From: Nitrosopumilaceae archaeon
GTDB lineage: Archaea > Thermoproteota > Nitrososphaeria > Nitrososphaerales > Nitrosopumilaceae
Direction: 5' to 3'
Assembly (NCBI GenBank): GCA_965200155.1
Contig: CBDATR010000024.1
Location: 64,001 to 128,000, forward strand
Length of the DNA: 64,000 bases
Under the pieces are notes generated by a model, which made no database searches, was not told the origin of the DNA, and worked only from the letters and a program-made list of their open reading frames with translations. Below are positions 1-10,892 of the stretch, one piece after another (position 1 is the stretch's first letter; the number at the start of each line of letters is the position of its first letter). Both the position numbers and the translations under genes were made by a program.

Positions 1-28
1 GTGGTATATACTCGCCGCAGCCTCTTCC

Positions 29-844
29 TTGCTAATAGTCTCGGCACTTGTGGTTATGCTGGATGTGCCATCCGTCCTTTCTTATGGATGGGTGCTTCCG
101 GGCATAGTGGTACTGGCCATCACTGCTAGCGTTCTGGCGTCTATGGTGGGGCTGGGGGGTGGATTGATAATTGTACCTGTTCTGGTATTTGTGGGGTTGC
201 CGCCACACGTTGCCGCTGCCAACAGCTTGATGGCTACCATGTCCAATGCCGCGGCCGCGTCTTTGGTATACTCTAAGGCTCGCAAGATAGACCATAGACA
301 CGCGTTACGTCTGGGTATTATGGCATCTCCAGGAAGTGTGCTGGGCGCCCTGGTAACTACAAACACGGATCATGGCCTGTTTGGTATTCTCCTGGCTCTA
401 GTACTGGTGATAGCTGCTGTATACATTTTTGTGCAGCCTAGAATGACACATCGGCCCATAGAATCGGACAATATGGTCTTGGTATTGACCGCCGTCGCCA
501 GTGTTGCGGCGGGTCTGGTGTCCTCATATTTTGGGATTGGTGGCGGCGTAGTATTTGTGCCGTATCTTGTAGTGATAGTTGGCATGAGCATGACGCGCGC
601 GGCGCCCACCTCCATGTTTGCGCTTTTGATAACATCCGTGGTTGGCATAACCACTCATACTATACTGGGTAATGCGGATATTCTGCTGGCATCACTGCTC
701 TCGGCCGGAGCATTGGTTGGCGGGATGGGTGGGGCACGCTTGGCGGCGTTGGTGAATGAGCGCTACCTGAGAGGTGGTGCCGCGATTGCCATGGTAACCA
801 TATCCGGGCAGCTATTATGGGATGCAGTGTATGGTGAATTATGA
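29..844 (+). CDS. Sulfite exporter TauE/SafE family membrane protein
   Basis: Hydrophobic 271 aa with duplicated GLGGG/GIGGG..VP motifs. Confidence 0.85.
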   Translation: MLIVSALVVMLDVPSVLSYGWVLPGIVVLAITASVLASMVGLGGGLIIVPVLVFVGLPPHVAAANSLMATMSNAAAASLVYSKARKIDHRHALRLGIMASPGSVLGALVTTNTDHGLFGILLALVLVIAAVYIFVQPRMTHRPIESDNMVLVLTAVASVAAGLVSSYFGIGGGVVFVPYLVVIVGMSMTRAAPTSMFALLITSVVGITTHTILGNADILLASLLSAGALVGGMGGARLAALVNERYLRGGAAIAMVTISGQLLWDAVYGEL

Positions 845-2608
845 GCGGGACTCATCTACACAAAAGATGACCTCGCCGGATCTTGTGGCCGCGCCCGATA
901 CCATGTAATCTAGTACGTGGACAATTTTATGGTCGTCCGGTTCCCTGCCGGACACTGAGCCGGGTAACACAGCAAATACCCTGACATCAGATTTCATAAC
1001 GTCGCTGAGCTCCTGGTTTATGGTTGTAACAAAGGGTCTTAGTGCTCCCCGGAATACCTCTACATGGGCTCTCTGAGAGCCGGATATCTTTTTGCCCTGT
1101 GGCAGATCCGGGCCCACTATAATTACGGACCCCCCAGCTCCGGCAAACTTGCGTGGATCCTTGGCCCCACCGGGAACAAAGTACTCCAAAGCCTGTTGCG
1201 TAACTAATGCTGGTATATTGATGAACTTGGACACCAGTTGATCCCATTGTTGCCGTTCTAGTCCTGTCAATGAATCTGTCTTTGGCAGGGCTCCGGTCAT
1301 GTGCATGACGCATGCTATCTGTCCCAGTTTTGCAGATGCCGTCTGTAGCCATCTCTGCAACTCTTCACTGTTAGATATGTTGGCTGTATGGGAGTGGAAC
1401 TGCCTCACCGGTTCTGCCAACTCCTCCGGGGTTTTATCTGATATTAGCACTACTACCTTGCCGCCACTACTTAGAATGTGTTCGGCCATGTGCACTGCTC
1501 TGTGGGAGTCCTGTATCGTGGTAGGATCAAACGTTATCACCACGCACTTGTCCTTGTAGGATGGTGTGGATGGCGGTGCAGTAGTCCCTACGTGCGGTCT
1601 TACAGGATAGAATACACGATCGCCGGGTATGACCTTACCATTTACTATATCTGATGTGGTGTCCTCGCACAGACTCAGAATTGTGTGGGCAACCTGCGTC
1701 TGGCTTAGAAACTGCTTGTCGGCTATCATGTGTGAAGTATTGCGCTGAACCTTCTCTGCAATAACCTGTATCTTTTCCAGTAGCCTGGCCAGCTTGTCCT
1801 GCGTTATGGAACTGTCGTTCATGTCGGCAGCCGCGGCGACTATGCCTTTTTCTACAACATCATCACTCTCGCCTAACAGCGGCAACAGCATGCCGCTGGC
1901 CTGTTCCACTTGGTGAGGGGTCATATCTTCAAAACCGCCTACCCTCATGAACTCCGCTGCGGCCTTGGGATATACGGTCTTGTATATACGATCCGAGTGT
2001 ACCGGTCCGGGGTTGGTCGCAATGGATGCAATGCCTCTGTCAACAAGATCCCAAGACATGGCTTCGGCCAGGCGATTCTTGGCTCCCTGTGAGGCAGTAT
2101 ATGGACCGCGGAATCTGTAGGGGCGCTGCTCCAGCGGCCTCTCCTCGGTGAAGAATGTTGATATGGTTATTATCTTGCCCCCTTTCTTCATGGATGCCAA
2201 TCCCGCGACCGAGACCCAGAAGGTGCCGCTCAAATGTATGGCCACAGTTCCCGCGAACTCGTCCATGGGCGCGTTGGGGAAACACGTTACCGGGCCGGAT
2301 ACACCGGCGTTATTAATTATGTAATCTACTGTAATATTCTCCTCTCTTAGTGTATGAAACATGTCATTTATGCCTGATTCATCACTAACATCCACGCCAG
2401 CAAATATCCTTACCTGTGCTCCCTGGGCTGCCATCGTTCTCAGATGTGCGGCAGCTTCCTCGAGGGGTTTCTGACGCCTGCCCAGTATTATGACGCTGGC
2501 CCCCTCCTTGATAAACTCGGTAGCTATGGCTTTTCCAATGCCAGTACCGCTACCTGTCACTAGGGCGGTCTTGCCTTCAAACCTCACGGTATTACTCATA
2601 TCATGCAT
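839..2608 (-). CDS. Tandem-domain SDR oxidoreductase (malonyl-CoA reductase-like candidate)
   Basis: TGxGxGIG Rossmann motif, NNAG, PGPV; second degenerate SDR fold at the C-terminus. Confidence 0.8.
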   Translation of the reverse strand: MHDMSNTVRFEGKTALVTGSGTGIGKAIATEFIKEGASVIILGRRQKPLEEAAAHLRTMAAQGAQVRIFAGVDVSDESGINDMFHTLREENITVDYIINNAGVSGPVTCFPNAPMDEFAGTVAIHLSGTFWVSVAGLASMKKGGKIITISTFFTEERPLEQRPYRFRGPYTASQGAKNRLAEAMSWDLVDRGIASIATNPGPVHSDRIYKTVYPKAAAEFMRVGGFEDMTPHQVEQASGMLLPLLGESDDVVEKGIVAAAADMNDSSITQDKLARLLEKIQVIAEKVQRNTSHMIADKQFLSQTQVAHTILSLCEDTTSDIVNGKVIPGDRVFYPVRPHVGTTAPPSTPSYKDKCVVITFDPTTIQDSHRAVHMAEHILSSGGKVVVLISDKTPEELAEPVRQFHSHTANISNSEELQRWLQTASAKLGQIACVMHMTGALPKTDSLTGLERQQWDQLVSKFINIPALVTQQALEYFVPGGAKDPRKFAGAGGSVIIVGPDLPQGKKISGSQRAHVEVFRGALRPFVTTINQELSDVMKSDVRVFAVLPGSVSGREPDDHKIVHVLDYMVSGAATRSGEVIFCVDESRS

Positions 2609-2992
2609 TATTTATTTTGTATTCCCTTCCGCATCGTAACCGTTTAGGTCGCGCCGAATTGAGGCGCGTTTTCATGGTACAAAATCCGGTAAGCAATAGC
2701 AAACTGGTAGGGAATGGTCCCGGTTGGTACTAACGTATGCTTTGCTGCCTTGCAGTGTATAGCGACCGCCCTAAGTCTCTTGGTAACAAATCATGCACTT
2801 GTGTCACATAATACACGATTTGTGTGTCACAGACTTGTGGAACTCGTTATGGTGGTATAGGACCGGTGACCTTGACGTACCGGTTCCCTCACCCTGCAGC
2901 AGTTTACAACGGGTCTGCTATAGCCACTGTATCACTCCGGTGCCAACTTGCCACAAAATCCGAATAATTTGGAAGTTTGCATGGGGAGAGCA

Positions 2993-3907
2993 TCAGAAGG
3001 CTTTCCATCCCCGGTCATGCAGTATGTTGCCGTCCACATAGACCCCCATTCCTGTACTGACATATCCTATAGTCATGATAGGCGTACCTGTTCTTTCGGC
3101 TATTCTGTTTACGAGTGGTAGTCGCAAGGGATTCACCGTAAACACTATTTCGTACTCCTCTCCGCCATTATACACCAAGTCACGCCAGTCCAGATCATTC
3201 TTGCTGGCAAAAACCTCGATGCCATCGGCGACCGGCGTACGCTTTATGTTCATCGTGACCCCACTAGAGTTGGCCATGGCATTTAGCGTAGTGGAGAGTC
3301 CGTCACTGGAGTCCATGGATGATGTAAAATGGCGGGCACATGCAAGTCCAAATTCCAGTCGGGGGACAGGCCGCATCACCGCGTCAATACCATTAGCCAC
3401 CGAGTATTTTGTATCATTCAGTGACATGTAAAGTCCTGCGGCGCTTAGTCCAAAGGGTCCGCTGACACATATTACGTCACCATTAACAGCTCCACTGCGC
3501 TTGGGCGTCCGGCCGCATATGCCCAGCAGGCATACAGATACGGAGAACTCCTCCCCCCTGTTGGTATCGCCGCCCCGTATGGCAAAGCCAAATTCTGCCG
3601 CGGCATCGGTCAACCCACTTGATACCTGCACCATATCCGCATCACTGTATGACTCAGGCAGAACCACTGATATGATGGCCCATCTGGGCCGTACGCCCTT
3701 GGACGCAAAATCACTGACGCATGCTACCACGCTCTTTCTCGCTGCGTCACAAAGTGTCATGCCCGGCGGTACATCGGTTCCATACACCAACGTGTCTATC
3801 TTTGCAGCCATGGTTATGCCGTCTGTACTTATGAGTTCTATATCATCTGATTCGGCCTCTATGCCAAAGTCCTTCTGAAACATGCGCACTACTTCATTCT
3901 CGTTCAT
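2993..3907 (-). CDS. thiL: Thiamine-monophosphate kinase
   Basis: SDFASKG, GGDTN, MDSSDGL and GGEEYE motifs; start set at MNENE. Confidence 0.9.
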   Translation of the reverse strand: MNENEVVRMFQKDFGIEAESDDIELISTDGITMAAKIDTLVYGTDVPPGMTLCDAARKSVVACVSDFASKGVRPRWAIISVVLPESYSDADMVQVSSGLTDAAAEFGFAIRGGDTNRGEEFSVSVCLLGICGRTPKRSGAVNGDVICVSGPFGLSAAGLYMSLNDTKYSVANGIDAVMRPVPRLEFGLACARHFTSSMDSSDGLSTTLNAMANSSGVTMNIKRTPVADGIEVFASKNDLDWRDLVYNGGEEYEIVFTVNPLRLPLVNRIAERTGTPIMTIGYVSTGMGVYVDGNILHDRGWKAF

Positions 3908-5162
3908 GATTACTAACCATATCTGATATCCATCTAACAATATACTGGGCTCTGTGCATATCGGGAGCTTCCGCAGACACTCTTATCACATCTTCGGTAT
4001 TAGACTCGCGTACCAGTACCCAGCTACTCTCATCCAGCATACCCCATGTGCCGTCTGAGTCATCGGTCTTGCGCGCGACATCTCTTATGCGTCGACCCAG
4101 ATAGTCTATTGTGCCCGTACCTGCATGTATCTTTGTACGTATTATGGAACTGCTAGTGGTCTCGCGCAATACGGATGGCGCGACACCCTCGGCTATGGTG
4201 AGTGCCGCCAGTCCTGCAGCGAGAATACCATCCCGACACCCGTTGAACGTATGCAGTATGAGCCCACCACTGCTACCCTCGCCACCTGTTCCTGTCTTGG
4301 TCCGAATCATCTCTTCTACCACATTTACCTCTCCCACCGGGGAGCGATACACCTCGCCACCCCGACGTTTCACGTATTCTTCCACCAGCATGCTGGTGTC
4401 CCGGCTCAGCACAAAAGTGTCTTCTCCGCGTCTCATCATGGCGGCTATCCCGAGCGCCAAAGTTGCATCCGGAGGCTGTATGGCGCCATTCATTGCCAGT
4501 ACCAACCGGTCACCGTCCATGTCAAATGCTGCACCCATATCATACTTGTGGGATGCTTGCAATAGTTCTTGCAATCCTCCGGTGGTAGGATCAGGACGTG
4601 TGGGTCCCTGAATCACATCCACGCTGCAACCTATGTCCCGAAGTATGGCAGGCGCCGCATGGGCCGCGGCTCCGCCCCCTGCATCTATCAGTACGGATAC
4701 GGGACGGGATATGCTGCAGACTATCTTACAAACGTCCTGTGCGTATGCGGATACGTGATCTGTACGGGTTCCATATGTGTCGGGAATTACTGCACGGGGC
4801 TCCTCCAATATCTTACTCATCTGGGTTTTTGATATGCCGCGCCCGTTCAAGACAAACTTTAAGCCGTTCCACTGCACCGGATTATGTGATGACGTCACCA
4901 CTATTCCTGCCCCAAACTTTTTTGATTCATAAAAGATCTCCGGGGTAGGGCTTATCTTCATGTCCAATACGTTTATGCCCCGAGACATCAAGGCCGCGGA
5001 GGCAGTTCTGGCAATCATGTCCCCTGACTGTCTTGTATCCCTGCCTAGAACACATTTGTTGTGCGGTATTATTGACGCAAAATTCTGACAAAGTTTCAGT
5101 ACTCTCTGCAACGACAGGTCTTTTCCTGCAACTCCTCTAATACCGGAGATTGTAGCTTTCAC
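3894..5162 (-). CDS. Phosphomannomutase/phosphoglucomutase family protein
   Basis: SGIRG, TSSHNP, DMDGDR, GEGSSGG, RESNTE motifs. Confidence 0.9.
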   Translation of the reverse strand: MKATISGIRGVAGKDLSLQRVLKLCQNFASIIPHNKCVLGRDTRQSGDMIARTASAALMSRGINVLDMKISPTPEIFYESKKFGAGIVVTSSHNPVQWNGLKFVLNGRGISKTQMSKILEEPRAVIPDTYGTRTDHVSAYAQDVCKIVCSISRPVSVLIDAGGGAAAHAAPAILRDIGCSVDVIQGPTRPDPTTGGLQELLQASHKYDMGAAFDMDGDRLVLAMNGAIQPPDATLALGIAAMMRRGEDTFVLSRDTSMLVEEYVKRRGGEVYRSPVGEVNVVEEMIRTKTGTGGEGSSGGLILHTFNGCRDGILAAGLAALTIAEGVAPSVLRETTSSSIIRTKIHAGTGTIDYLGRRIRDVARKTDDSDGTWGMLDESSWVLVRESNTEDVIRVSAEAPDMHRAQYIVRWISDMVSNHERE

Positions 5163-5181
5163 CGGTTATGATTCAAAAGGC

Positions 5182-5190
5182 TTTTTATAA
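5182..5190 (+). promoter_or_regulatory. Archaeal TATA box (TTTTTATAA) preceded by a purine-rich BRE-like stretch, upstream of the tRNA
   Basis: About 25 nt before the tRNA 5' end. Confidence 0.55.
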
Positions 5191-5214
5191 ACTCTGACGG
5201 CCAAACATCCCTGT

Positions 5215-5288
5215 GCCTCGGTAGCTCAGCCCGGTAGAGCGAACGCCTCGTAAGCGTTAGGTCGCGGGTTCAAAGCCCGTTCGAGGCT
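5215..5288 (+). tRNA. tRNA-Thr(CGT), intronless, CCA not encoded
   Basis: Cloverleaf: acceptor GCCTCGG/TCGAGGC, D arm GCTC/GAGC, anticodon arm AACGC-CTCGTAA-GCGTT, T arm GCGGG-TTCAAAG-CCCGT. Confidence 0.95.
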
Positions 5289-5706
5289 TCCCTATAATGG
5301 CAGTCCGGATGTGTTATACAAGCCACCGGTTCATGTTTTGGGAATCTCCCAAGGCTGCCTACGGTGTCTCTATATCCATCTCTAACTCATCAAGATCTTT
5401 CCACCACACTGGAATCCCGCCCATCGTTGCTATCCTTAGCTGTAGTGGTTTATAGATTGATCCATGATAGTGAATTCCACTCCTCGTACTCCTCTGGATC
5501 ACCGGGAGTGACTTAAACGGCGGAACCGCAACGATTACTGTCGCTATGACTATGCCGTAAAGTGGAAAAACTGTACGGGTTTGCGCGGACTCCTACAACC
5601 TGAATGCTTTCCTGTGATACACACCATGATGGGGTGGGGATTTAAGCGCGCCCCTGCATGGATTGTACTCTGAAGTATGATCTACCTGCGAATGGTTCTG
5701 GGAAGG

Positions 5707-6942
5707 CTATTTGGAGGGCGCCGCCAAGCCGGACTCGGGATTAGACTTTTGTTCCCTCTTGTAATCCATCTTGAGCCAGAGTGGTGTTACTATGGTGGTA
5801 ACTGCGACCATTACTACTATGGTTGAGTATATGTCTGGTGCCAACACCCCGGCAATAACTCCTTCTGCGGCCACAATTAGGCCCACCTCGCCTCTTGATA
5901 TCATGCCAATTCCCACCCTCATACCTCGGGTACGATTTCGCAGAAAAAGTATGGAGGGGAGACCACATCCAATTAGCTTTGTACCTATGGCCACTAATAT
6001 TATGACCCCACTTAACATCAATATGTTTAGATCCACCGATCTGAGATCCACCCCCGCTCCCACTATCGCAAAGAATAGCGGCGCAAAGAGGAGCGCAACC
6101 TTGTCCATATACAACCTTATCTTGCCAACCATTCTTGCAGTGGAGAGTCCCATACCTATGGCAAATGCGCCTACGATGGGGGAGAGTCCAAGTGTGCCAG
6201 CTATTGCAGCTAAAATGAATAGCGCCGCGGTGGCAAATACCTCGAGGCCCCCTTCTGCCTTCCAGAATCTCTGACTTGCCAGACGTGGCATCAGGAAAGC
6301 CGCGGCTACCAGCATGGCTCCAAAGTATCCTAGGGTAGTCAGTATGGTGAACACTACATCCTCTACCGCCAAGTTGTTTACGTCGCCGCCACCAATGGAC
6401 AGTACAACAGAGAGTACAGCTATGGCAAGTATGTCGTCTACCACGGCTGCGCCTATGATCAACCGTGCCTCCGGAGTCTTTAATTTTCCAAACTCGTTTA
6501 ATACTCGTATTGATATTGCAATACTTGTTGCGGTTAGCGCCGTTGCAACAAGCAGGGCTTGGTATGTATCAAATCCGAATGCCTGTAGTACCAGTAACCC
6601 GATAAAGAAAGGAACTACGACTCCCAACGTACCCACTATAAACGAGGCTTTGCCCCCTTTCAGGAATTCCTTGGGTGTCATTTCCAGACCTGCCATGAAT
6701 AGTATAATCAGAGCCCCTATCTTCCCTATGGCAAGCAGTTCTGGTGTTAGCTGAAGAAGGGGAACACCGTCCATGTCGGTCATGAACATGCCTAGCGCAA
6801 AAGGACTAACCACAATACCTGCTACCAGCTCTCCCAGTACAACAGGCAGGTTAAATCGCAGAAACAGCTCACCCATGAGCTTGGCGGCAAGTAATAGTAT
6901 CCCAACCCCTATTATGGTGGGGACTATCTCTGATCCTGCCAT
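5707..6942 (-). CDS. Cation:proton antiporter (CPA2/NapA-like)
   Basis: About 12 TM helices; ATSIAI, AAVVDD, MISRGEVGL motifs. Confidence 0.92.
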   Translation of the reverse strand: MAGSEIVPTIIGVGILLLAAKLMGELFLRFNLPVVLGELVAGIVVSPFALGMFMTDMDGVPLLQLTPELLAIGKIGALIILFMAGLEMTPKEFLKGGKASFIVGTLGVVVPFFIGLLVLQAFGFDTYQALLVATALTATSIAISIRVLNEFGKLKTPEARLIIGAAVVDDILAIAVLSVVLSIGGGDVNNLAVEDVVFTILTTLGYFGAMLVAAAFLMPRLASQRFWKAEGGLEVFATAALFILAAIAGTLGLSPIVGAFAIGMGLSTARMVGKIRLYMDKVALLFAPLFFAIVGAGVDLRSVDLNILMLSGVIILVAIGTKLIGCGLPSILFLRNRTRGMRVGIGMISRGEVGLIVAAEGVIAGVLAPDIYSTIVVMVAVTTIVTPLWLKMDYKREQKSNPESGLAAPSK

Positions 6943-7028
6943 TATTTAAAAACTAGAGTTCCTATATTTGGTGTTTACTAAAAACGTGCGCGTCACCGTA
7001 TGATCATCCCTGCGCACCCTGTTTTTCC

Positions 7029-7120
7029 GTATGAGTTCACGTCTTCCGGAATCTTGTGCACAAATCACATTAACTGTCGCGATCAGTTGTGCGTAAATTT
7101 AGACACAGGTGAACTTATAC
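7029..7120 (+). mobile_element. IS66-derived MITE (92 bp), copy 1
   Basis: TIR GTATGAGTTCAC...GTGAACTTATAC; 8-bp TSD GTTTTTCC. Confidence 0.95.
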
Positions 7121-7299
7121 GTTTTTCCTTGTTCTGCGTATACGGCGCCTTAGCAATTACCCCGGCAAACTTGTACCAAGACTTAAACGGTTACTAGTCA
7201 TTACAGACTCGAATCATACTCGCTATATGTGACACAAATCCGGGAAAGGCCAAACTTATGCCCATGCCATTCTTGTTTTTCGTGTAAACGCAGGTGATC

Positions 7300-8316
7300 T
7301 CATACAATCGTCCGAGACTTCACACGTACACCCTTCTTCCCTACAATCTGGCCTATGTTGTCTACCGGGATGCGATATTTTTTGAACGCCGATACTACCG
7401 TATCCTCTTCGTCCGGCGGAACTACAATGCATAACCCTATGCCCATATTGAAGGTCTTGTACATCTCCAGGCTATCCACCCCCTGTTCTTCTATAAGGCG
7501 CATTATTGGAGGAACTGTTGGCAGGGCGGTTATCTCAAAACCGACATCGCGCAGGCGAGTAAGTTTTGTAAATGATCCGCCAGTTATATGCGCCAGTCCG
7601 TGTACATCACTTACCTTCAGTATGTCAAGTACTGGCTTGGCATATATCCTTGTGGGTTCAAGGAGGGCCTCCCCTACTCTGCCCACTCCCCTAACATTGT
7701 CATGTATCGAGTATTTTGGAAAAAGCACCTTGCGTGCAAGAGTGTAACCGTTGGAGTGCAAACCGGTACTGTGGGCACCTAGTATGATATCACCTACGCG
7801 TATGTTATTGCCAAGTATGACGCGGTTCTCGTCCACTAATCCGGTCACGGTTCCTGCCAGATCAAACACAAATTCCTGGCTCCGCCCAAACAAATCCGGA
7901 AGTATGGCCGTCTCTCCTCCCACTATGGGGACTCCCGCTTCCCTGGCTCCATGCGCCAATCCTTGCACTATCTGTGTAAATATGTCCGAGTCGTTGCGGT
8001 TTGCAGCTATATAATCCACAAAGGATACGGGTGTTGCCCCCACGCATATTATGTCATTTACATTCATGGCCATACAGTCGATTCCAACTGTGTCGTACCT
8101 GTTCATGGCTCCGGCTATCATAACCTTGGTTCCAACGCCATCTGTATGAGTAGCTAGGAGTGTGCTTCCGTCTATTCTGACGAGCCCAGCGTAGTGACCA
8201 AATCCGTGAATGGTATCTGTGTCTGAATGAGTGGTCTTGATTACATTGCCTATGGAACTTTGGCTGTCCCTTATGGCAGAAACATCCACTCCAGCTTCCT
8301 TGTACGTATCGACCAT
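7300..8316 (-). CDS. purM: Phosphoribosylformylglycinamidine cyclo-ligase
   Basis: YKEAGVD, TDGVGTK, GGETA, GLHSNGYT, HITGG, TFNMGIG. Confidence 0.97.
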   Translation of the reverse strand: MVDTYKEAGVDVSAIRDSQSSIGNVIKTTHSDTDTIHGFGHYAGLVRIDGSTLLATHTDGVGTKVMIAGAMNRYDTVGIDCMAMNVNDIICVGATPVSFVDYIAANRNDSDIFTQIVQGLAHGAREAGVPIVGGETAILPDLFGRSQEFVFDLAGTVTGLVDENRVILGNNIRVGDIILGAHSTGLHSNGYTLARKVLFPKYSIHDNVRGVGRVGEALLEPTRIYAKPVLDILKVSDVHGLAHITGGSFTKLTRLRDVGFEITALPTVPPIMRLIEEQGVDSLEMYKTFNMGIGLCIVVPPDEEDTVVSAFKKYRIPVDNIGQIVGKKGVRVKSRTIV

Positions 8317-8586
8317 GTGAAATGGCTTAATCGTGACAAATAAAAGCTAAACACCGGTGCATATTCGGTCATTTCAAGCGAATCGCAACATCACCACGCG
8401 GCTGCTAGCCATGCATTCTATTAAAAAAGTCATAAAACCCGGGTCCAGCTATTGTTTACAGTGACGTCATCGTACATTCATGCGGTTTGCGGACATGTCC
8501 ATGATTGAAATGAGCCCAGATGCTAGCGGCACCGCATAACACATATCCTGACAAGATTAATTTAAAACCAATATGTCCATATTGAA

Positions 8587-9729
8587 ATGTCCAAGATAGT
8601 TGGAATAATTGGGGGCGGGCAGCTGGGCATGATGCTGACCGAGGCAGCCTTGGATATGCCAGATATATCCCGCGTAATAGTTCTTGATCCTACTGATAAC
8701 TGCCCCGCATCTCAGGCTGGTGCTGATCAGATAAAGGCTGATTTTAAAGACAGAGATGCAATAAGACTCCTGGCAAAAAAGTCCGATGTCATAACATATG
8801 AGATAGAGTCCGGTGACAGTGCGGTACTGGAGTCCCTCAGGAATACTGTGGAAATAAGTCCCTCCCCCAAGTCGTTGGGGATAATACAGGACAAGCTCTC
8901 TCAGAAAGAGTTCCTATCCGCACATGATATCTCGGTGCCGGACTTTCTCTCTGTGGCGTCTCCTGAGGATCTGCAAGACGGGCTGGATAAATTTGGATAC
9001 CCCGCCGTCCTCAAGGCGCGGACCGGTGGATATGATGGACGGGGCAACTACACCATACTGGATAAAAAAGACATACCTTTGGCATTGGAATACTTTGGTA
9101 ATGTGCCCCTGATGCTGGAGCGTTTTGTACCATACGTGATGGAGATATCCGTAGTGGTTGCACGAAGCACTACCGGCCAGACTGCATGCTATGCCCCTGC
9201 GGAGAACATTCACGACTCCGGAATATTACATCAGAGCATTTATCCCGCACGAGTCAATCCAGACATAGCTCAGGAGGCAGAACGTGTGGCACTTAGAACC
9301 ATACAGGTATTGGAGGGTGCTGGTGTGTTTGGCATCGAGATGTTTGTACTGGAGGGTCGTGTCATGATAAACGAGATTGCCCCCAGAGTGCACAACTCCG
9401 GGCATCACACATTACAATCATGTCACACAACACAGTTCCAGCAGCATCTGAGGGCCATACTGGGGATGGAACTGGGTAGCACAAGGTCGCGGGGACCGGC
9501 CATCATGTACAACATACTGGGACCGCCCGGCTACACCGGATCATACAATCCCCCAAAAATCAATCACCCACAAGTACATCTCAAAATGTATGGCAAGCGT
9601 ACATCAAAACCTAGAAGAAAGCTGGGCCATCTTAACATACTGGGCAATACGGACCAGACTATAGATGATATCACGGGCATATTGGAATCCATAAAGGATT
9701 ACGCTACCATATCGCCCAAGACTGTATAG
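8587..9729 (+). CDS. purK: N5-CAIR synthase
   Basis: GGGQLG, GYDGRG, NEIAPRVHNSGH, RKLGH. Confidence 0.96.
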   Translation: MSKIVGIIGGGQLGMMLTEAALDMPDISRVIVLDPTDNCPASQAGADQIKADFKDRDAIRLLAKKSDVITYEIESGDSAVLESLRNTVEISPSPKSLGIIQDKLSQKEFLSAHDISVPDFLSVASPEDLQDGLDKFGYPAVLKARTGGYDGRGNYTILDKKDIPLALEYFGNVPLMLERFVPYVMEISVVVARSTTGQTACYAPAENIHDSGILHQSIYPARVNPDIAQEAERVALRTIQVLEGAGVFGIEMFVLEGRVMINEIAPRVHNSGHHTLQSCHTTQFQQHLRAILGMELGSTRSRGPAIMYNILGPPGYTGSYNPPKINHPQVHLKMYGKRTSKPRRKLGHLNILGNTDQTIDDITGILESIKDYATISPKTV

Positions 9730-9857
9730 CCTGTCAACTATTATTTGGTCGCCCATTAAACACACGATTGAGCGCCACACAATGATGAGTTTTGCCCAAA
9801 ATTGTAACATAAGCTCATACTTCAAGTTTTTATCATGTAACATGTGATTTCTTCATA

Positions 9858-10502
9858 ATGGATGTAGCACAGGCCATGAAAGTACTGGAAGTGACTAACA
9901 GATCCACTCCGGATCAAATCAAGGCTGCATACAGGAGGCTTGTACTAAAGTACCACCCGGACAAGAACCACAATGATGGTGTACAGTTCAAAAAGGTTAC
10001 CGAGGCATATCGGACACTTACGGACGAGCCAACCACTGAAAGTCCCAAGACCACTACAAATACCCGTTCCCACTCCACACAGTCTAGGGCAAAGTGGGGC
10101 GCAGGACCCACTGATCGTCCGCCCGAGGAGGATTGGAGTCGGTACACGCAAGAGTATGAGCAGGACGAGAAATGGTGGAAAAAGTACGAGGAAAAGTTTT
10201 GGAAAGAGTACGAGTATCATGTGAGGGGCGGAAACGAGCGTAGCAAAGCGGATGAACCCGAAGAGCAACCCACTCTAAACGTGATGGTGGATCAGAGTCT
10301 GTGTATAGGGTGTTGCAGCTGCGAGACATTGGCCGCAGACGTATTTGAGATCAATCGTGATGCAAAATCTAACCCAAAGTCCAGAGTCAAGAACGCAAAG
10401 GGGGCCGGGGTGAATCTAATCATGAACGCCGCGGAGACGTGTCCTACAAAGGCCATAGTTGTAGATAATGCCCAGACTGGTCAGCGGTTATACCCCCTTT
10501 AG
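9858..10502 (+). CDS. DnaJ-ferredoxin fusion protein
   Basis: J domain with HPD; C-terminal CIGCCSC...CP ferredoxin motif. Confidence 0.92.
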   Translation: MDVAQAMKVLEVTNRSTPDQIKAAYRRLVLKYHPDKNHNDGVQFKKVTEAYRTLTDEPTTESPKTTTNTRSHSTQSRAKWGAGPTDRPPEEDWSRYTQEYEQDEKWWKKYEEKFWKEYEYHVRGGNERSKADEPEEQPTLNVMVDQSLCIGCCSCETLAADVFEINRDAKSNPKSRVKNAKGAGVNLIMNAAETCPTKAIVVDNAQTGQRLYPL

Positions 10503-10892
10503 TTTATGCAACATATCTGTGGCATCAAAGTCAAGATCCCTCTTTGGGAATATTGAATGTATTGGACCTGCTCCATCATCTTTGCCCCTGGGTACCAAAT
10601 GTATGTGAACATGGGGTATCTCCTGCCCCGCTTCGGGGCCGTTATGTATGGCCATTAGCGTAGATCCGCCTATGGAGTCAGTTCGCGATATGATTCTGAC
10701 CGCCAATCCAAAAACATCATCCCTCTCCTGATCACTCATCTCCTGTACCCTGCCGCAGTGACGTTTGGGTATGACCAGTGTATGGCCCGGTGCTAGGGGG
10801 AACGCGTCCATAAAGGCCAGTGAATGTTCTGTTTGGGCTATTATGTTTGCAGTGATATCTCCGGATACAATACGGCAGAATATGCAGCTCAT
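10488..10892 (-). CDS. HIT family nucleotide hydrolase
   Basis: CIFC N-terminus, GHTLVIPK, HVHIH triad. Confidence 0.93.
   Translation of the reverse strand: MSCIFCRIVSGDITANIIAQTEHSLAFMDAFPLAPGHTLVIPKRHCGRVQEMSDQERDDVFGLAVRIISRTDSIGGSTLMAIHNGPEAGQEIPHVHIHLVPRGKDDGAGPIHSIFPKRDLDFDATDMLHKLKGV

Noticed and set aside
5289-5706. Integrated element at tRNA-Thr
   Set aside because: No integrase and no duplicated tRNA 3' end seen; only a short fragment resembling the GTAAC-family end near 5510.
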